DNA of 64,000 nt from a virus, in IMG/VR virus record IMGVR_UViG_3300042484_000873, positions 1-64,000 of that record; one strand, written 5' to 3'. Made by a program: the position numbers and the translations under genes. Positions within the stretch are counted from its first letter, which is position 1; every line of letters starts with the position of its first letter. Positions 32,101 to 39,036 of the stretch are shown one piece after another. The notes below the pieces were generated by a model. That model worked only from the letters and a program-made list of their open reading frames with translations. It had not been told where the DNA came from and ran no database searches.

Positions 32101-35100
32101 AACAATATATCATTTACTGAACAAACGTCAGGAGTTGGTGAAAATCTATTAGACGTACTGTACGTGGATAGCACTTACATTGTAGTAGGTGAAGCTGGTA
32201 CTATATTAACAAGTACAGACGCAGTTACATGGAATATAGATACCTCAGGTACTACAGAAAACTTAAATGGAATTACATCCGATGGTGCAGGAAAGTATTT
32301 AGTTGTTGGCAACAATAATATTATATTAACTAGTATAGATTCAGGTATTGATAAAACTTGGGAACTTTCAAGTATTTTTATACAAGAACCTGCTGTATAT
32401 AATGTTCAGGGTCCTGCATTTAATGAAGGTTATGGCCCAGAAGAATTGGTTCCAGGCGTAGTCACTGACAACCTAACTATGATTGTAACAACTCGTCCGG
32501 GTACTAACTGGTCAGTTGGACAATACGGCCATGCTGGATTCACAATAGTTTCAACTGAAATTACCCCCTCATATCCACAAGTTAATTATTCATTCTTAAA
32601 TATTGTACAAAATCCTGCATTCTTGGCATTATATGATATAACTCCTGTCAGTGGAACAAGTCGTAGAATTTATGAACATTATGATTATACGATTGATTGG
32701 GTATTAAAAACAATCACATTGACTACTACACTAGCTCCAAATCATATTTTAGGTATTGAATTGTATGAAGTGGGTAACGGAGATCAATTACAGCGTTCAA
32801 ATTCACAGACGGTGCCTTTTATTAATAATTTAAATACTGGCTTTACTGAAATTCCATTAAACTGTAATTACTCAGCTAATAAATTTAACGGTAATGGATT
32901 AATAAGACCAGGCACAGAACCTATTGAAACAGAATGTACCCGCACAGAAGCAATTATTGATTCTATTACATGTGATGATGTATCTAACTTTACACTTAAT
33001 GAGCCAATTAAATTCCAAGGTGCTGTATTTGGTGGAATTGATTTGGATCAGATTTACTATATTAAAACTATCAGTTATGTAACCAATAAAATTACTGTTG
33101 CATTAGGTCCATTGATAGATGGTATTGCAGGACCCACGTACCAATTAACTGATGGTACAGGTTCTATGCAAACAATTATTCAACAAGGAACGGGTATTGT
33201 TTGGACTGATCCATTAGTTGCACATAACGGCAATAAGTTGGTGTTAGGTGAAACTAGCACAGTAACTCAGACTAAGAGTTCTACTAATTCAATAGTGGTT
33301 AATACTGCATTAACTATGGATGTGAACGATCCAATCGTGTTTAGTGATTATATGTTTGGTGGACCAATACCCCACACTACCTATTATATTGCTTCAATAG
33401 TAGATGACAATGAGTTCACGATAAAAGCAACACCTACCGGAAGCACAGTTGTATTGACCGATGCTACTGGTCTTGTAAGTTGTATCACCAATGATTTTGC
33501 TATTTCCCGTGCAGATGTAGGCCCTACAGCAAAATTAATGTTTGCTGAAAATTATAATCAAACTGATGATTTTATAACGTTTGCAGTATTTGGAGAAACA
33601 GATCCTATACAGTATTCATATAGTATTCCGATTACCCAGATTTATCAATCAACTGGTGGTGAGACACAATTACTATTGACTAACTATATTGGAGGAACCA
33701 ATCCAGAAAATGCAATAGTAGAAGTTAACGGCTTACGTTTAACACCAACTTCAGATTATACTATTGATTTAACTACACAGCTATTATACTTAACCTTCAG
33801 TCTAACTAATAATGATATTTTAGCAGTTACTACTTATAATAGTACAGATCGTCAATACTTAAATACAACATTGGGTGGAACATATAGCGGTTCAGAAAGT
33901 GTGACATTACACATTGGATCATCAACCCACTTGTCAGGATGGAGTGAAGAAGTTATTGCAGGCGGATTTATTATTGGAGTATCATATCAAATTACAAATT
34001 TAGGGACTACTGATTTTACATTGATTGGTGCCACAAGCAATACAGTAGGTGAAATATTCACTGCTACTGGAGCAGGTACAGGAACAGGCACTGCTGGTAT
34101 AGGTTGGGGCGAGAATGAGTGGTCACCTAGTCCAGACTATTTCACTTTGTCCTCGGGCGATACAACAGGATTAGTTGTAGGAACTGGTATCATATTTACA
34201 TCACCGATCGGCGGTGTTGTTAGCAACACTACTTACTATATTGTAGACATATTAAGCTCAACAACATTCTCTGTGTCAGAAACACCGGGCGGCTTACCGT
34301 TACTGTTAACATCTGCTACAGGCGCAATGCTTGGCTTTATTAATCCTTCTAGAGTTTCTAATATTACTGCAATTAATAATGTAATTACTTCACCAATTGC
34401 AGTTGCCAATGTATCAACATCTACTGCACCTAATACATTGACCGCTAATAGCACCTCCGGATTTATTTCAGCAAGCCCTGGTATATATCAACCTATCATA
34501 TTTAAAAATACAACCGCTACTCCTGGCCCAGGCGGCGTGTTAACGGACGGCACTGTATACTGGGTTGATACGGTTGACATTAATGGCATTGATTTTACTA
34601 TTTCAGAAACACCAGGGGGTCCTGCATTTGTAGTTGACGGCTCATCGGGCGCAATGATTGCTTATGCAGGAGGTAACCCAACTGTAACAATCACTACCGG
34701 GGTTCCACACAATTTAGAAACAAACGACATAGTACGCATTGATGGTGTTAACGGATCAACTCAATTAAACAATAACGCATATTATGTACATGTAATATCT
34801 GAAAATCAAATTGGTTTGTACTTATCAGATTATCTACCTGAAAGTTTTCAGGCTAACGAAATAGTCGCCGGAGTAACAAATTGGACTGGTGGTGGTTATG
34901 TATGGTTAGACAAACAGTTTACAATAATTGATGCAACAGCAACAGAAACATTCCTTGCTGATAATACGATTCAGTTGGATAGTGTTGCTAATATCGTTAT
35001 TGATACTCCTGTATATTTCTCAGGAAATACATTTGGTAACATCGTTGAAGGTACTCGTTACTATGTTAAATCTGTTGATAATCTAAACGTAAAAATTACT

Positions 35101-35979
35101 ATATCTACAACATATCAAGGTGTAGAATTTACATTGATAGATGATACAGGTGAAATGGGTGTTTCAATGTGGGAGCAAACTAATGTTGATAGAGTTTGGG
35201 TAACAGTCAACGGATATACGGTTCCATCAAGTGCATTATACTTAAATCCTAATAATAATTTAAGTATTTTAACTACGATTGTTCCTGGAGATATTGTTAT
35301 TATTACTCATATGATACCTACTTCTACACCAGATGAATTGACATATATTAATAATGTCAATAAATCGCACATACCTACAGTTTATCGTGCAACATCATTA
35401 AGTACAACTTGGTTAACTCAACCACTATCATATACTGATAGTACAATTTATGTTCAAGATGTAACTAAGATTACGACCAATGTAGTTCAAAATGAGGTAA
35501 CTCCTACATCGGTAAATGGTGTTTATACTATCGGGTTAGATGTAGATAAGAGAATTATCAGTCAGGTTGTTGTAGTAAATAATACGACTTCTACTACGCT
35601 ACCAAGCTCTGCTTATAGTGTTCAGATTGTAAATACTGCCCCGATATTAGAAATTACATCAGGGGTGTCAGTAGGTCAAAGCTTAACAGTTACTATAATT
35701 TTAGGTAATTTGATTTATGTTGCAGGAGAGCAAATTAAGTTCACAACTGTAGATTTTGTCAATAATACATTGTCTGGATTACAGCGCGGCACTAACGGTA
35801 CTGGAGAAAGATTCTATATTCCAGCATATGAAAAAGTATACGGAATATTGTCTACAAACCAACTGCCAGCAGTTAACTATAATTTAACATGGAATTCATA
35901 TAATTATAATCCTATTATAGGTGATCCTCTACAGATTAGCGACACAGTGGCTGCAAATTTCTTAAATGCGGAGTTCTGA
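17122..35979 (+). CDS. Giant 6285-aa virion structural protein (gp7-position baseplate/fibre protein) with repeated beta-domains and propeller-like regions
   Basis: Uninterrupted ORF after gp6; INEVKPYH baseplate-type motif; about 12 copies of G.P(I/V).F.G..FGG....YY(V/I)....FT(I/L)S...GG; FG-GAP-like and S.DG..W repeats. Confidence 0.8.
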   Translation: MAARIRTLNFLPEVFRTPTNAQFLGATLDQIVDQPNTMRIQGYIGSKFGYGVNAKDNYVVEPTKTRTDYQLDPGVVFTKTNTATATDFVTYPGIIDALKLNGGVTNNNDRLFNSQFYSWDPFVDLDKLINFNQYYWLPQGAPAVTIATDIVYNAQDYTVVDDPNAYIISSNINPDGSANPTLTLIRGGTYSFTVSQDSPFWIQGQPGVTGYDPNQPNLLTRDVLGVSNNGAENGVVEFTVPYKNAQDEYNFPGDNRVDVVSSAPFDSIEGQLLSNVVDIDGVTALEGLTVMFYNTGVVNETGFVGQYYDTTLYDEDGGAPYVFPGSSTNDFNFEGGYYTEVPATFYTITYVGDPTNPVIKLVPASGIPTNEKITPNFGTQWKARNFYRNVQGVINLVPYLSSLLDTLYYQDGTVPNKVGQIRLINSNITNQINVLEILGQTNYTAPNGVVFTNGLKVTFDGDIFPTSYKTGEYYVQGVGTAIELINTQDLIVPEPFTEGTYNPWDISPWDIGNYDVTLYIPVQQDYITIARNSIDRNPWSRSNRWFHIDVINATATYNNDPSIATTYATQYNKAKRPVIEFYPNLKLFDNCIVGKQPIDFFDVRTTDAFTQVAGQNIYYPDVEVYTAASATVNGVTGTSTTITIPASDVEVGSFQVGQFITDSDAVIPENAQITAITGTTLLTITVGWSTSTTIPSATNVSLVANDISNDNYVLYDGARIIFSVDNNPDVRNKIYVVRFSNISGVTPVITLTEADDGLVLQNEGTVAYKGYYNQGKDFYYYFNNNPAILENQWEQAQQKTTVNQAPFFDVFDADGISFGDAEIYTGSSFNGNKLFSYGIGSGINDIVLGFPLRYSSVNNVGDISFDVPLNSATFNYVRGSAPITQQVNTGYVHNYSDLNTRTRALGWQTAVAESRQYQIFSFNYIAGSGVSTYTCDIAAATDTVWPNIQVYLNNVLQDTTTYTYTINPTTTVVNFTVPNTAVDTVVEITLLSDQVSSTAYYQIPNNLQNNPFNTDITTANVGDIRGQYQSIFYNNPNTTGTVFGANNYRDLGNLVPWGNRIIQNSASLVLPGTFLRKPGVNLYDSLQYNSNQYILFKTLLVDTVNKTEYNVYQSPATMLDDALDQITISKVDSAPFFWSDMLPSKSPYASNSYTFANSLDVSRYPLTRIYNFDTANYYGVLVYLTRTVNNYTSITQLVSGVDYTISATSPALTVETDLLPGDIITVNEYYQTYGSYVPNTPTKLGLYPSFIPEVVLDENYTNPTYFIRGHDGSYTKLYGDYIDGNLIDFRDKVLLEFETRIYNNLKLSNIIPVRDYDVVPGFFRTTDYSYDEFLSIYSQFFLNWVGQNRVEYKQQVGYTPTNEFSYNYSQSGNKINNAQIQQGYWRGIYQYFYDTTQPDIAPWEMIGFTSQPTWWTTRYGPAPYTSDNLVLWGDLAAGINWNNGDPIVVTQCIRPQLLQVLPVDSEGNLVSPFVAVVGNYDGRSFRSDWKVGDVASTEFAYRRSSSWPFDLMKILALTKPANFYSLGVDVDNYKYNEEFNQFLVNDRSHLVISDVEIYGSGTAKTSYINWIVDYEKQVGIDSTQTTTDLLDNLDVRLIYRLAGFTDKALVNFYVEKGSPNSNNASLLIPTESLDVLLYDNIPFNKIIYSGIIVQNAGSGWKVFGNSQNKAYFTISKPKINGNYNLVTVEGESVQVAKDYFENTEILVPYGTEFVSKQDLAQFIGSYGNYLTTQGVLFDQIESGLDINWNQMVAEYLYWTQSGWGLSSLINLNPAANLITIQKDSCVVQPLTLQRQNFVLNQNLYPIQAVDLAVVRDDTLFSAKPLNQGDTVAYGQFNISNFEHGVVFNNVTLFNDVIYNLITGLRQNRITTRGTKTADWNGTIDTQGFILNQDNIQEWNNVTKYTKGSIVTYKNKYWVSLRVLEPSMTFDGRYWKETDYDEIQKGLLPNPSTRSFESTLYYNTNTPNLSKDADLLSWSLIGYRPRDYMALADLTDITQVNVYKNLIKEKGTRIATENFKGITLPQGGIDYEVYENWAIKTGEFGGVLDNNFVDFRLNQNQLTGNPSIVGLTTGTYTDGVQQEVPLYSVFNYGRPITNPNILPTVPAGTPNKLYPDAGYVNFNDITTFGYYYNDLNLAQTPLSQLYVGQYVWVADYNSTWQVYTPIANGNIIQVLNNLNGTVTLEFAQPHGLTKYQTIAIINFNDAVNGYRIVQEVVDNYRVTIALSLVSTITRLTSTNSIVMRFQLQRVAQPSDIINLPLLNTEFVKNKVWVDTGTTGDWEVYRKSINYNLDLELLKTNSETFGSAVATTSDLGYLVGDADLGVAYRYTFNPVFERYDLVQTLFSDIITAGSFVVGKNYQITSLGSTTFTQWNTIAGTSGVAYAVGSRFTCANAGTGTGEAGLLASSFGASIGYAGSTFAISQPTGALLADRKVKIYNLVTNTTVNELQLLQTIQAPTGATNWGTKTEFSGDENWLFISAYEQNQFYVFRKSQVTGLYEYSNIITLGNLTTGDNFSFSLATNYYGNTLVVGAPGVDTGTINNTGTSYVYERVMQNFEAQFTSQVLVPQTFSLVFTPGTRTFTGTNITSNAITLNSVAGLSLNMPVIFTGVVFGGLAIAQVYYIKTIVGSTITLSLTIGGSTLSLVNGSGTMTMVAQTEPLFVSVNGTLIDTTNYAVTGSTLNVYQSLNAGDILTVSGSTFVLLQQFFATDTVTIGEQYGYSADLDNYGNELLIGSPFQINSQNKEGTIYRYTDGGGSYGIITGTINCQVTTPTTILLNGYAVAIPVGNASVVAAAIEAANITNITATAIDNKLVISLINIELAMINDKLDIVTLSGNALYELGISKYTLTQVITDPHPASRTQFGTVIKFNDNGSFVASAPVVPRYEATTFDSTDDDNYNNDTLFDNNTTQFVDTLVNAGAVYMFDYAENYNENLLNVGQYIYAQSVNALNSNYGAQPYYGTALDFNDNTVVVGTPGFRPGYENGQVIIYTNPSGQADWSVFRQPQMAVDVNGITNAQLYSASTNNTLINLDYIDPLQGKILGVVAENLDIVSNADPASYNSPNTTVSGSAVWGTKHLGKLWFNTSTTKFVNYHQNDEVVYNSKWWGRVFPGSQVTIYSWITSNVVPAEYTGPGTPLTLTDYSVEYVLNSTGAITPVYFFWARNTNIIFNQIGKTLSDTICESYISAPQASGIAYFAPIQSNVMGLYNTSEYVNSNDTVMHIGFETGTNEDDSHSIYSLIRANYPDDFLPGLPALTSLPPLSLYDRMLDSMSGVDESGAIVPDPYLPKPVQSGVLVRPRQSFFYSRFGALKNYLTLANQELAKIPFTETQSSKFLYTTGPINPSTGLPFYETTDYWDPVNWWATGYNDNTKSAVLVESYYQLATINAQNGLIVTVNKNGAGFQETYRYDSGLDTWERIGLQAGTIQFKTDLWDYASARLGFGDNFFDTTPFDTYPSEETRSITRFLNEELPSEIFAFRNQGLILLFNYIISETIESQNYLPWLNKTSFIDVAHTIRELLPLEVFQSDNQEFLAGYINEVKPYHVVVKDFLFEYTGIDVWPGDITDFDLPAQYNTSLQQYITPELVYANPSGDNQFVPTDDIWQDPAYNNWFNNYGVSITGVNGYPITVLSSYLTLNSNSMAVDNIFGFPINGVIKVYDPTDPETDLSKKAFELIAYSSVDKAYGTLNGLTRGVNETPISNHLPGQQIYIDLPAVLVLDGGRGYANPPVITAYIDTTIYPAPRREAILQPVMNLDQLLRVDVIDPGDGYVVLPQILIEPSSIITFASIDVDLVTNTITIQNQLVQTGDLVRYYTGSDTTAISGVKEGQYYYVGVLENVPTYVVALYTTYADALQDHDRVVFLGTGSGTNNNLAISARASCVTSSRPIRENITTLRYDRTTYDSQVTEWAQGNFYGSFYAGAFQNTEQVASSSLTLFNETPAIDTILASAQGATFEIQNVRNNEVIEWSSRTRIVTTTTGTTNVITISPSVGGTPLSLDQPIGPTTGFYVGMPIKFIGAAFGNLAVDTVYYVREIVSLTQFTISATLGGAEVTLTTGTTTAGLDAIIGEVTNTAVITIQYPGILNATATEKTTNFVTIPLNPSGICGTTGFYTGLPIFFTGDVFGGVIENENYYVTTVINDQTFTMSTTNTPTIVTVESTENAGDYVVLSDIGDLEVNTPVIITGTTFGGIVAGQLYYIASIDYSTNKVTLSITINGGAIALTDASGSATLTSQADVIQLTTVTGTMTCNVGLPISPGQITGQAFTFYNTSGEFTNGGAGYSGTPSNLINKSTVATVATSNYLYLNSLLGGTTNMYVNMPFRLSAAIGGLSAATTYYVKTIGSVVVDVISSNAGTDAYTCTSTTGFYSGMPISFTGGVFGGVIELVTYYVKTVPSSTTFTISETPGGATFDLSGNNGLMTLTADNPYITVSTSIGGSVVALTDNFSASSTLTQYPTAVPTFFVSYILGGYSVFINTAGSGFAYNNDITILGSSISGGTNGLNDITINVSGINEPGLNYNPSLPYGAITSTIVSGTPPGLTEQYYLKVISPTELEVYANPNLTVPVDGDALGAIYTGVKSTTVTDVTASTDQLTVTSSADFELNDPVVFTGDVYSELTLGQTYYIKSKPSSTTVTLSATIAGGTLNFTGTTTGLSFTMAKSGDYVFLPEPFYFNQSIVRYNNRLYQCIVSNNDTSFILGKWEVLDSGDRRLNELDRIIGYYNPTVNMPGRDLTQLVTGITYPGSVYMDNAFPPADEFILDTILQDQPFYPTDIDNVAVLYDGLRYIGVSNTPEYSASITSTLGDAWSINKIANSPLNTTNISFADGWYVITTVNSATPIFISADGVNWITSGGTYTPYDSTPYDTTSYDFTSLLVESNLLNASDYNDNKWVAVGENIVLSTDRFFWEEVFVLPYAGQLKDVKYIDIPIYNNWLAVGNWTVSGVDRAVLLRSSDGITWIEINAGITTGITNATLNAVAPGDNLLVYVADNGRIFTTTNNISFTEQTSGVGENLLDVLYVDSTYIVVGEAGTILTSTDAVTWNIDTSGTTENLNGITSDGAGKYLVVGNNNIILTSIDSGIDKTWELSSIFIQEPAVYNVQGPAFNEGYGPEELVPGVVTDNLTMIVTTRPGTNWSVGQYGHAGFTIVSTEITPSYPQVNYSFLNIVQNPAFLALYDITPVSGTSRRIYEHYDYTIDWVLKTITLTTTLAPNHILGIELYEVGNGDQLQRSNSQTVPFINNLNTGFTEIPLNCNYSANKFNGNGLIRPGTEPIETECTRTEAIIDSITCDDVSNFTLNEPIKFQGAVFGGIDLDQIYYIKTISYVTNKITVALGPLIDGIAGPTYQLTDGTGSMQTIIQQGTGIVWTDPLVAHNGNKLVLGETSTVTQTKSSTNSIVVNTALTMDVNDPIVFSDYMFGGPIPHTTYYIASIVDDNEFTIKATPTGSTVVLTDATGLVSCITNDFAISRADVGPTAKLMFAENYNQTDDFITFAVFGETDPIQYSYSIPITQIYQSTGGETQLLLTNYIGGTNPENAIVEVNGLRLTPTSDYTIDLTTQLLYLTFSLTNNDILAVTTYNSTDRQYLNTTLGGTYSGSESVTLHIGSSTHLSGWSEEVIAGGFIIGVSYQITNLGTTDFTLIGATSNTVGEIFTATGAGTGTGTAGIGWGENEWSPSPDYFTLSSGDTTGLVVGTGIIFTSPIGGVVSNTTYYIVDILSSTTFSVSETPGGLPLLLTSATGAMLGFINPSRVSNITAINNVITSPIAVANVSTSTAPNTLTANSTSGFISASPGIYQPIIFKNTTATPGPGGVLTDGTVYWVDTVDINGIDFTISETPGGPAFVVDGSSGAMIAYAGGNPTVTITTGVPHNLETNDIVRIDGVNGSTQLNNNAYYVHVISENQIGLYLSDYLPESFQANEIVAGVTNWTGGGYVWLDKQFTIIDATATETFLADNTIQLDSVANIVIDTPVYFSGNTFGNIVEGTRYYVKSVDNLNVKITISTTYQGVEFTLIDDTGEMGVSMWEQTNVDRVWVTVNGYTVPSSALYLNPNNNLSILTTIVPGDIVIITHMIPTSTPDELTYINNVNKSHIPTVYRATSLSTTWLTQPLSYTDSTIYVQDVTKITTNVVQNEVTPTSVNGVYTIGLDVDKRIISQVVVVNNTTSTTLPSSAYSVQIVNTAPILEITSGVSVGQSLTVTIILGNLIYVAGEQIKFTTVDFVNNTLSGLQRGTNGTGERFYIPAYEKVYGILSTNQLPAVNYNLTWNSYNYNPIIGDPLQISDTVAANFLNAEF

Positions 35980-35985
35980 TAAATG

Positions 35986-35992
35986 ATAAATA
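35986..35992 (+). promoter_or_regulatory. Late promoter ATAAATA
   Basis: 5 nt upstream of the ATG at 35998. Confidence 0.6.
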
Positions 35993-35997
35993 ATACT

Positions 35998-36150
35998 ATG
36001 AATAATCAGGAAAATAATATAAAACCACAATTAACAGAAGAATATGGCCCAACGCCGGAAGAGACTGGTGGTTTCTATTTTTCGTCTTTTTTGAAAATAA
36101 CTGATCCAAATACCAAAGAAGTTTTGGTCGAAACACGAGGCGATATCTAA
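35998..36150 (+). CDS. Small 50-aa protein (absent from the ORF track), similar to the N-terminus of the next gene
   Basis: MNNQENNIKPQLTEEYGPTPEETGGFYFSSFLKITDPNTKEVLVETRGDI; late promoter upstream; TAATG coupling. Confidence 0.75.
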   Translation: MNNQENNIKPQLTEEYGPTPEETGGFYFSSFLKITDPNTKEVLVETRGDI

Positions 36151-36770
36151 TGTCAGGAATACAATTAACATACAAAATTGAGGGCTTTTTGAAAGTCTAC
36201 GATCCCAATAATGGGGAAGTTTTCGTAGATAAACATAATGCTATCAACTATGAAAACATGTCAGAAGCTATTGCTGACACATTAAGCAGTCGTGGTTATG
36301 GCGAAATCTTTCAGATGGCGTTTGGGAACGGTGGTGCAAGCGTAGATGAAACAGGTGTTATCACATATCTACCCCCAAACACAACTGGTCAGAATGCGGC
36401 TCTTTATAACCAAACCTACGCTAAAATCGTTGACGATACCAGCGTTTTCAACTTAGATCCTACACGCAACAAGATGACAGTTTCACACACTACTGGTCGT
36501 GTCTATACTGATATCTTAGTTCAATGTTTATTAGACTACGGTGAGCCTTCTGGCCAAGATGCGTTTGATAACAGCACACAAACTGATTCTAGTTATATTT
36601 TTGATGAATTAGGATTATTAGCAAATTACGGAACAGACGAGAACGGAAATGTCATTACTAGACTATTGACACATGTAATTTTCCACCCTGTCCAAAAGTC
36701 TTTAAATAGACAAATACAAATAGATTATACAGTCAGAATCCAAGCTCTGACGAACTTAGTCACAATTTAA
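36150..36770 (+). CDS. Virion structural protein (baseplate/tail associated)
   Basis: MAFGNGG, LDYGEP, FDELGL, LLTHVIFHPVQKSLNR motifs; structural context. Confidence 0.65.
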   Translation: MSGIQLTYKIEGFLKVYDPNNGEVFVDKHNAINYENMSEAIADTLSSRGYGEIFQMAFGNGGASVDETGVITYLPPNTTGQNAALYNQTYAKIVDDTSVFNLDPTRNKMTVSHTTGRVYTDILVQCLLDYGEPSGQDAFDNSTQTDSSYIFDELGLLANYGTDENGNVITRLLTHVIFHPVQKSLNRQIQIDYTVRIQALTNLVTI

Positions 36771-36771
36771 G

Positions 36772-36778
36772 ATAAATA
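36772..36778 (+). promoter_or_regulatory. Late promoter ATAAATA
   Basis: Upstream of the fibre gene and a GGAG RBS. Confidence 0.6.
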
Positions 36779-36801
36779 AAGAATACTCGGAGTGATTTGA
36801 A

Positions 36802-38016
36802 ATGGCATACACAATTATTAAAAGCGATGGTACAGTACTAACAACCATTGCTGATGGAACTATTAATACTACTAGTACAAGTTTAGGCTTGCCTGGTAGA
36901 AACTTTGCAGGATATGGACAAACTGTAGACACAAACTTTGTGCACCAGCTTGAAAATTATGCGTCAAACACACCACCGGCTAACCCACTACGTGGTCAGT
37001 TGTGGTATGATATTAACAATAGTTCGTTAAAAGTATGTCCTACTGATAATCAAACAAACGCAAATGCTTGGGTTACACTTGCAACTAGTTCAGGTACATC
37101 TGTGACAACATTTGGCTCAGTTTCGGTAACTGGTAACTTACAATCAAATAATATCACATCAGTAAATGCTATTGTTGGGGATACAATTACCGTTCGTTTA
37201 GCTACAGTAACTGCAAATGCTACTATTGCTAATGCCGCAGTTACAACAGGTAACATTGGTACATTAAACACTCAAGTTATCACAACTGGTTCAAACAGTA
37301 CGGGTGGCACAATTACTGGTACTTGGACAGCTAACGGCGGATCAGCTGGCAACACTATGATTATTACTAACGGTAACTTAGTTGCTGTTACTGGTATAAA
37401 GACAGATAATTATTACTATGCTAACGGTAGTCCATTCAATCCAACTGGTACGTATAATAATGGTAATGTTTTTGACTATTTAACTGGATCAAATGCAATT
37501 GTTCAATTCAGTGGTAACATTGCACCCGGCAGAGTTACGACACAAGTTATCACTGCTGGTGCAAACACAACAGCAGGCAACATTACTGGTAATTGGACAT
37601 TGACTTCAGGTTCACGATTAAATGCAACATACGCTGACTTGGCAGAACGCTTTGAAGCAGATGCTTATTACGATGCCGGAACAGTTGTTGAAATGGGCGG
37701 AGATAAAGAAATTACTGCGGTTCAATATGAATTGTCAGAAGATGTATTTGGTGTTGTTTCGGAGACAGCCGGTTATTTAATGAATGCTATGGCAGGAGAT
37801 GATTCTACGCACCCTCCAATCGCTGTAGGTGGTCGTGTAAAAGTTAAAGTGGACGGTGTAGTTAAAAAAGGTCAACGTCTTGTTTCTGCTGGTAATGGCA
37901 TTGCACGTGCAGCCAAATCAGGAGAAGCAACTGCTTTCAACATCATAGGTCGTGCTTTAGAAAATAAAACAACAACTGGCGCGGGTGTAGTAGAAGCATT
38001 CGTTAAAATTAATTAA
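36802..38016 (+). CDS. Tail fibre-like protein with a C-terminal intramolecular chaperone/peptidase G2-like domain
   Basis: N-terminal LPGRNFAGYG...ENYA...P..PLRGQLWYD; Thr/Asn/Gly-rich shaft; YADLAERF...GTVV..GG...GRVKVKV...IIGRALE. Confidence 0.7.
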   Translation: MAYTIIKSDGTVLTTIADGTINTTSTSLGLPGRNFAGYGQTVDTNFVHQLENYASNTPPANPLRGQLWYDINNSSLKVCPTDNQTNANAWVTLATSSGTSVTTFGSVSVTGNLQSNNITSVNAIVGDTITVRLATVTANATIANAAVTTGNIGTLNTQVITTGSNSTGGTITGTWTANGGSAGNTMIITNGNLVAVTGIKTDNYYYANGSPFNPTGTYNNGNVFDYLTGSNAIVQFSGNIAPGRVTTQVITAGANTTAGNITGNWTLTSGSRLNATYADLAERFEADAYYDAGTVVEMGGDKEITAVQYELSEDVFGVVSETAGYLMNAMAGDDSTHPPIAVGGRVKVKVDGVVKKGQRLVSAGNGIARAAKSGEATAFNIIGRALENKTTTGAGVVEAFVKIN

Positions 38017-38025
38017 GGATAAAAA

Positions 38026-38976
38026 ATGACTTACGCACAATATGGACTAATACAAGCCGCAGATTATAACACTCTAGTGGGCACTAATCCGAATACAACA
38101 TCCGGCACACTAAACACGGTTTGGTCCACTGGCGGCTCATTAACTGGTTACGGTCAAACCGCTGAGGGTACTGTTGCGGCTGGTGATTTAGTAACCGCCG
38201 CTAAGTGGGCTAACTTAATCACCAAAACAGCAAACTCCGCAACACACCAAGGTACCTCAATTACATCAGTAACGGCGCCCGTCAGTGGCGGAACAGTTAC
38301 TTATTTGTCTGCTGTTCCTACAAATTTAACGACTATTTACACTAGTAGATTAAATGCTGCCACGCAAGGAGCAACTACTGCTAACTCAGTGGCACAGGCC
38401 ACAACATGGTCGACTCTCTTAACATTTACTCACACTGTTACATTTGCTAACGGTGATGCCGCACGATACTTTTTTAATTCCGGTGGTCAATTAAAAATTA
38501 CATGTTCACATGCTAACGTAACTGGCGCAGGAAATCAGTTGTTTAACGGTCTAGCTAGTAACGTAGGTACTATTGTAATGTCAGCACCTACCTCAGGTAC
38601 AATCACAGTTGCATCTACATCATACAATGGTATCACTAAAATTGGCGGTGGAGGTAGTGCTCCTACTGTCAGCACCAATTCTGGTTATTACGCAATGACA
38701 ACAAGTAACGCTAACGTGTTTACTCAATTAGCAGGCGGCGCAACAGCTTATTTGAATTCATTCATTCGTGTTATTGCTAAGAGTAATGGCACAGTTGGTT
38801 CGAACGGCGACGTCGGTAACGTTGTTACATTATTCACACTTTGGGATGAAGTACCCGACGGTTTAACAGTAGGTTCTGGATCGACGGTAACAGTTACTGC
38901 GGTAGCTCCGGAAACAACTAATTTGGCTAATACTTGGGGCACCATCACTATTGCCGGATCAGTATCAGGTTCATAA
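38026..38976 (+). CDS. Thr/Gly/Ser-rich virion structural or fibre-associated protein
   Basis: GYGQ and F...DAARYFFNSGG motifs; composition; position after the fibre gene. Confidence 0.6.
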   Translation: MTYAQYGLIQAADYNTLVGTNPNTTSGTLNTVWSTGGSLTGYGQTAEGTVAAGDLVTAAKWANLITKTANSATHQGTSITSVTAPVSGGTVTYLSAVPTNLTTIYTSRLNAATQGATTANSVAQATTWSTLLTFTHTVTFANGDAARYFFNSGGQLKITCSHANVTGAGNQLFNGLASNVGTIVMSAPTSGTITVASTSYNGITKIGGGGSAPTVSTNSGYYAMTTSNANVFTQLAGGATAYLNSFIRVIAKSNGTVGSNGDVGNVVTLFTLWDEVPDGLTVGSGSTVTVTAVAPETTNLANTWGTITIAGSVSGS

Positions 38977-38988
38977 TTTTTTCTGAGG

Positions 38989-39036
38989 TCTTTGTATCCA
39001 TCTAAATACTCTTAGGAGATTACATGGATACAAAGA
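38989..39036 (+). promoter_or_regulatory. 13-bp perfect inverted repeat enclosing a late promoter (CTAAATA 39002-39008) and RBS, and pairing with the start codon of the 39024 gene
   Basis: TCTTTGTATCCAT (38989-39001) / ATGGATACAAAGA (39024-39036). Confidence 0.75.
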
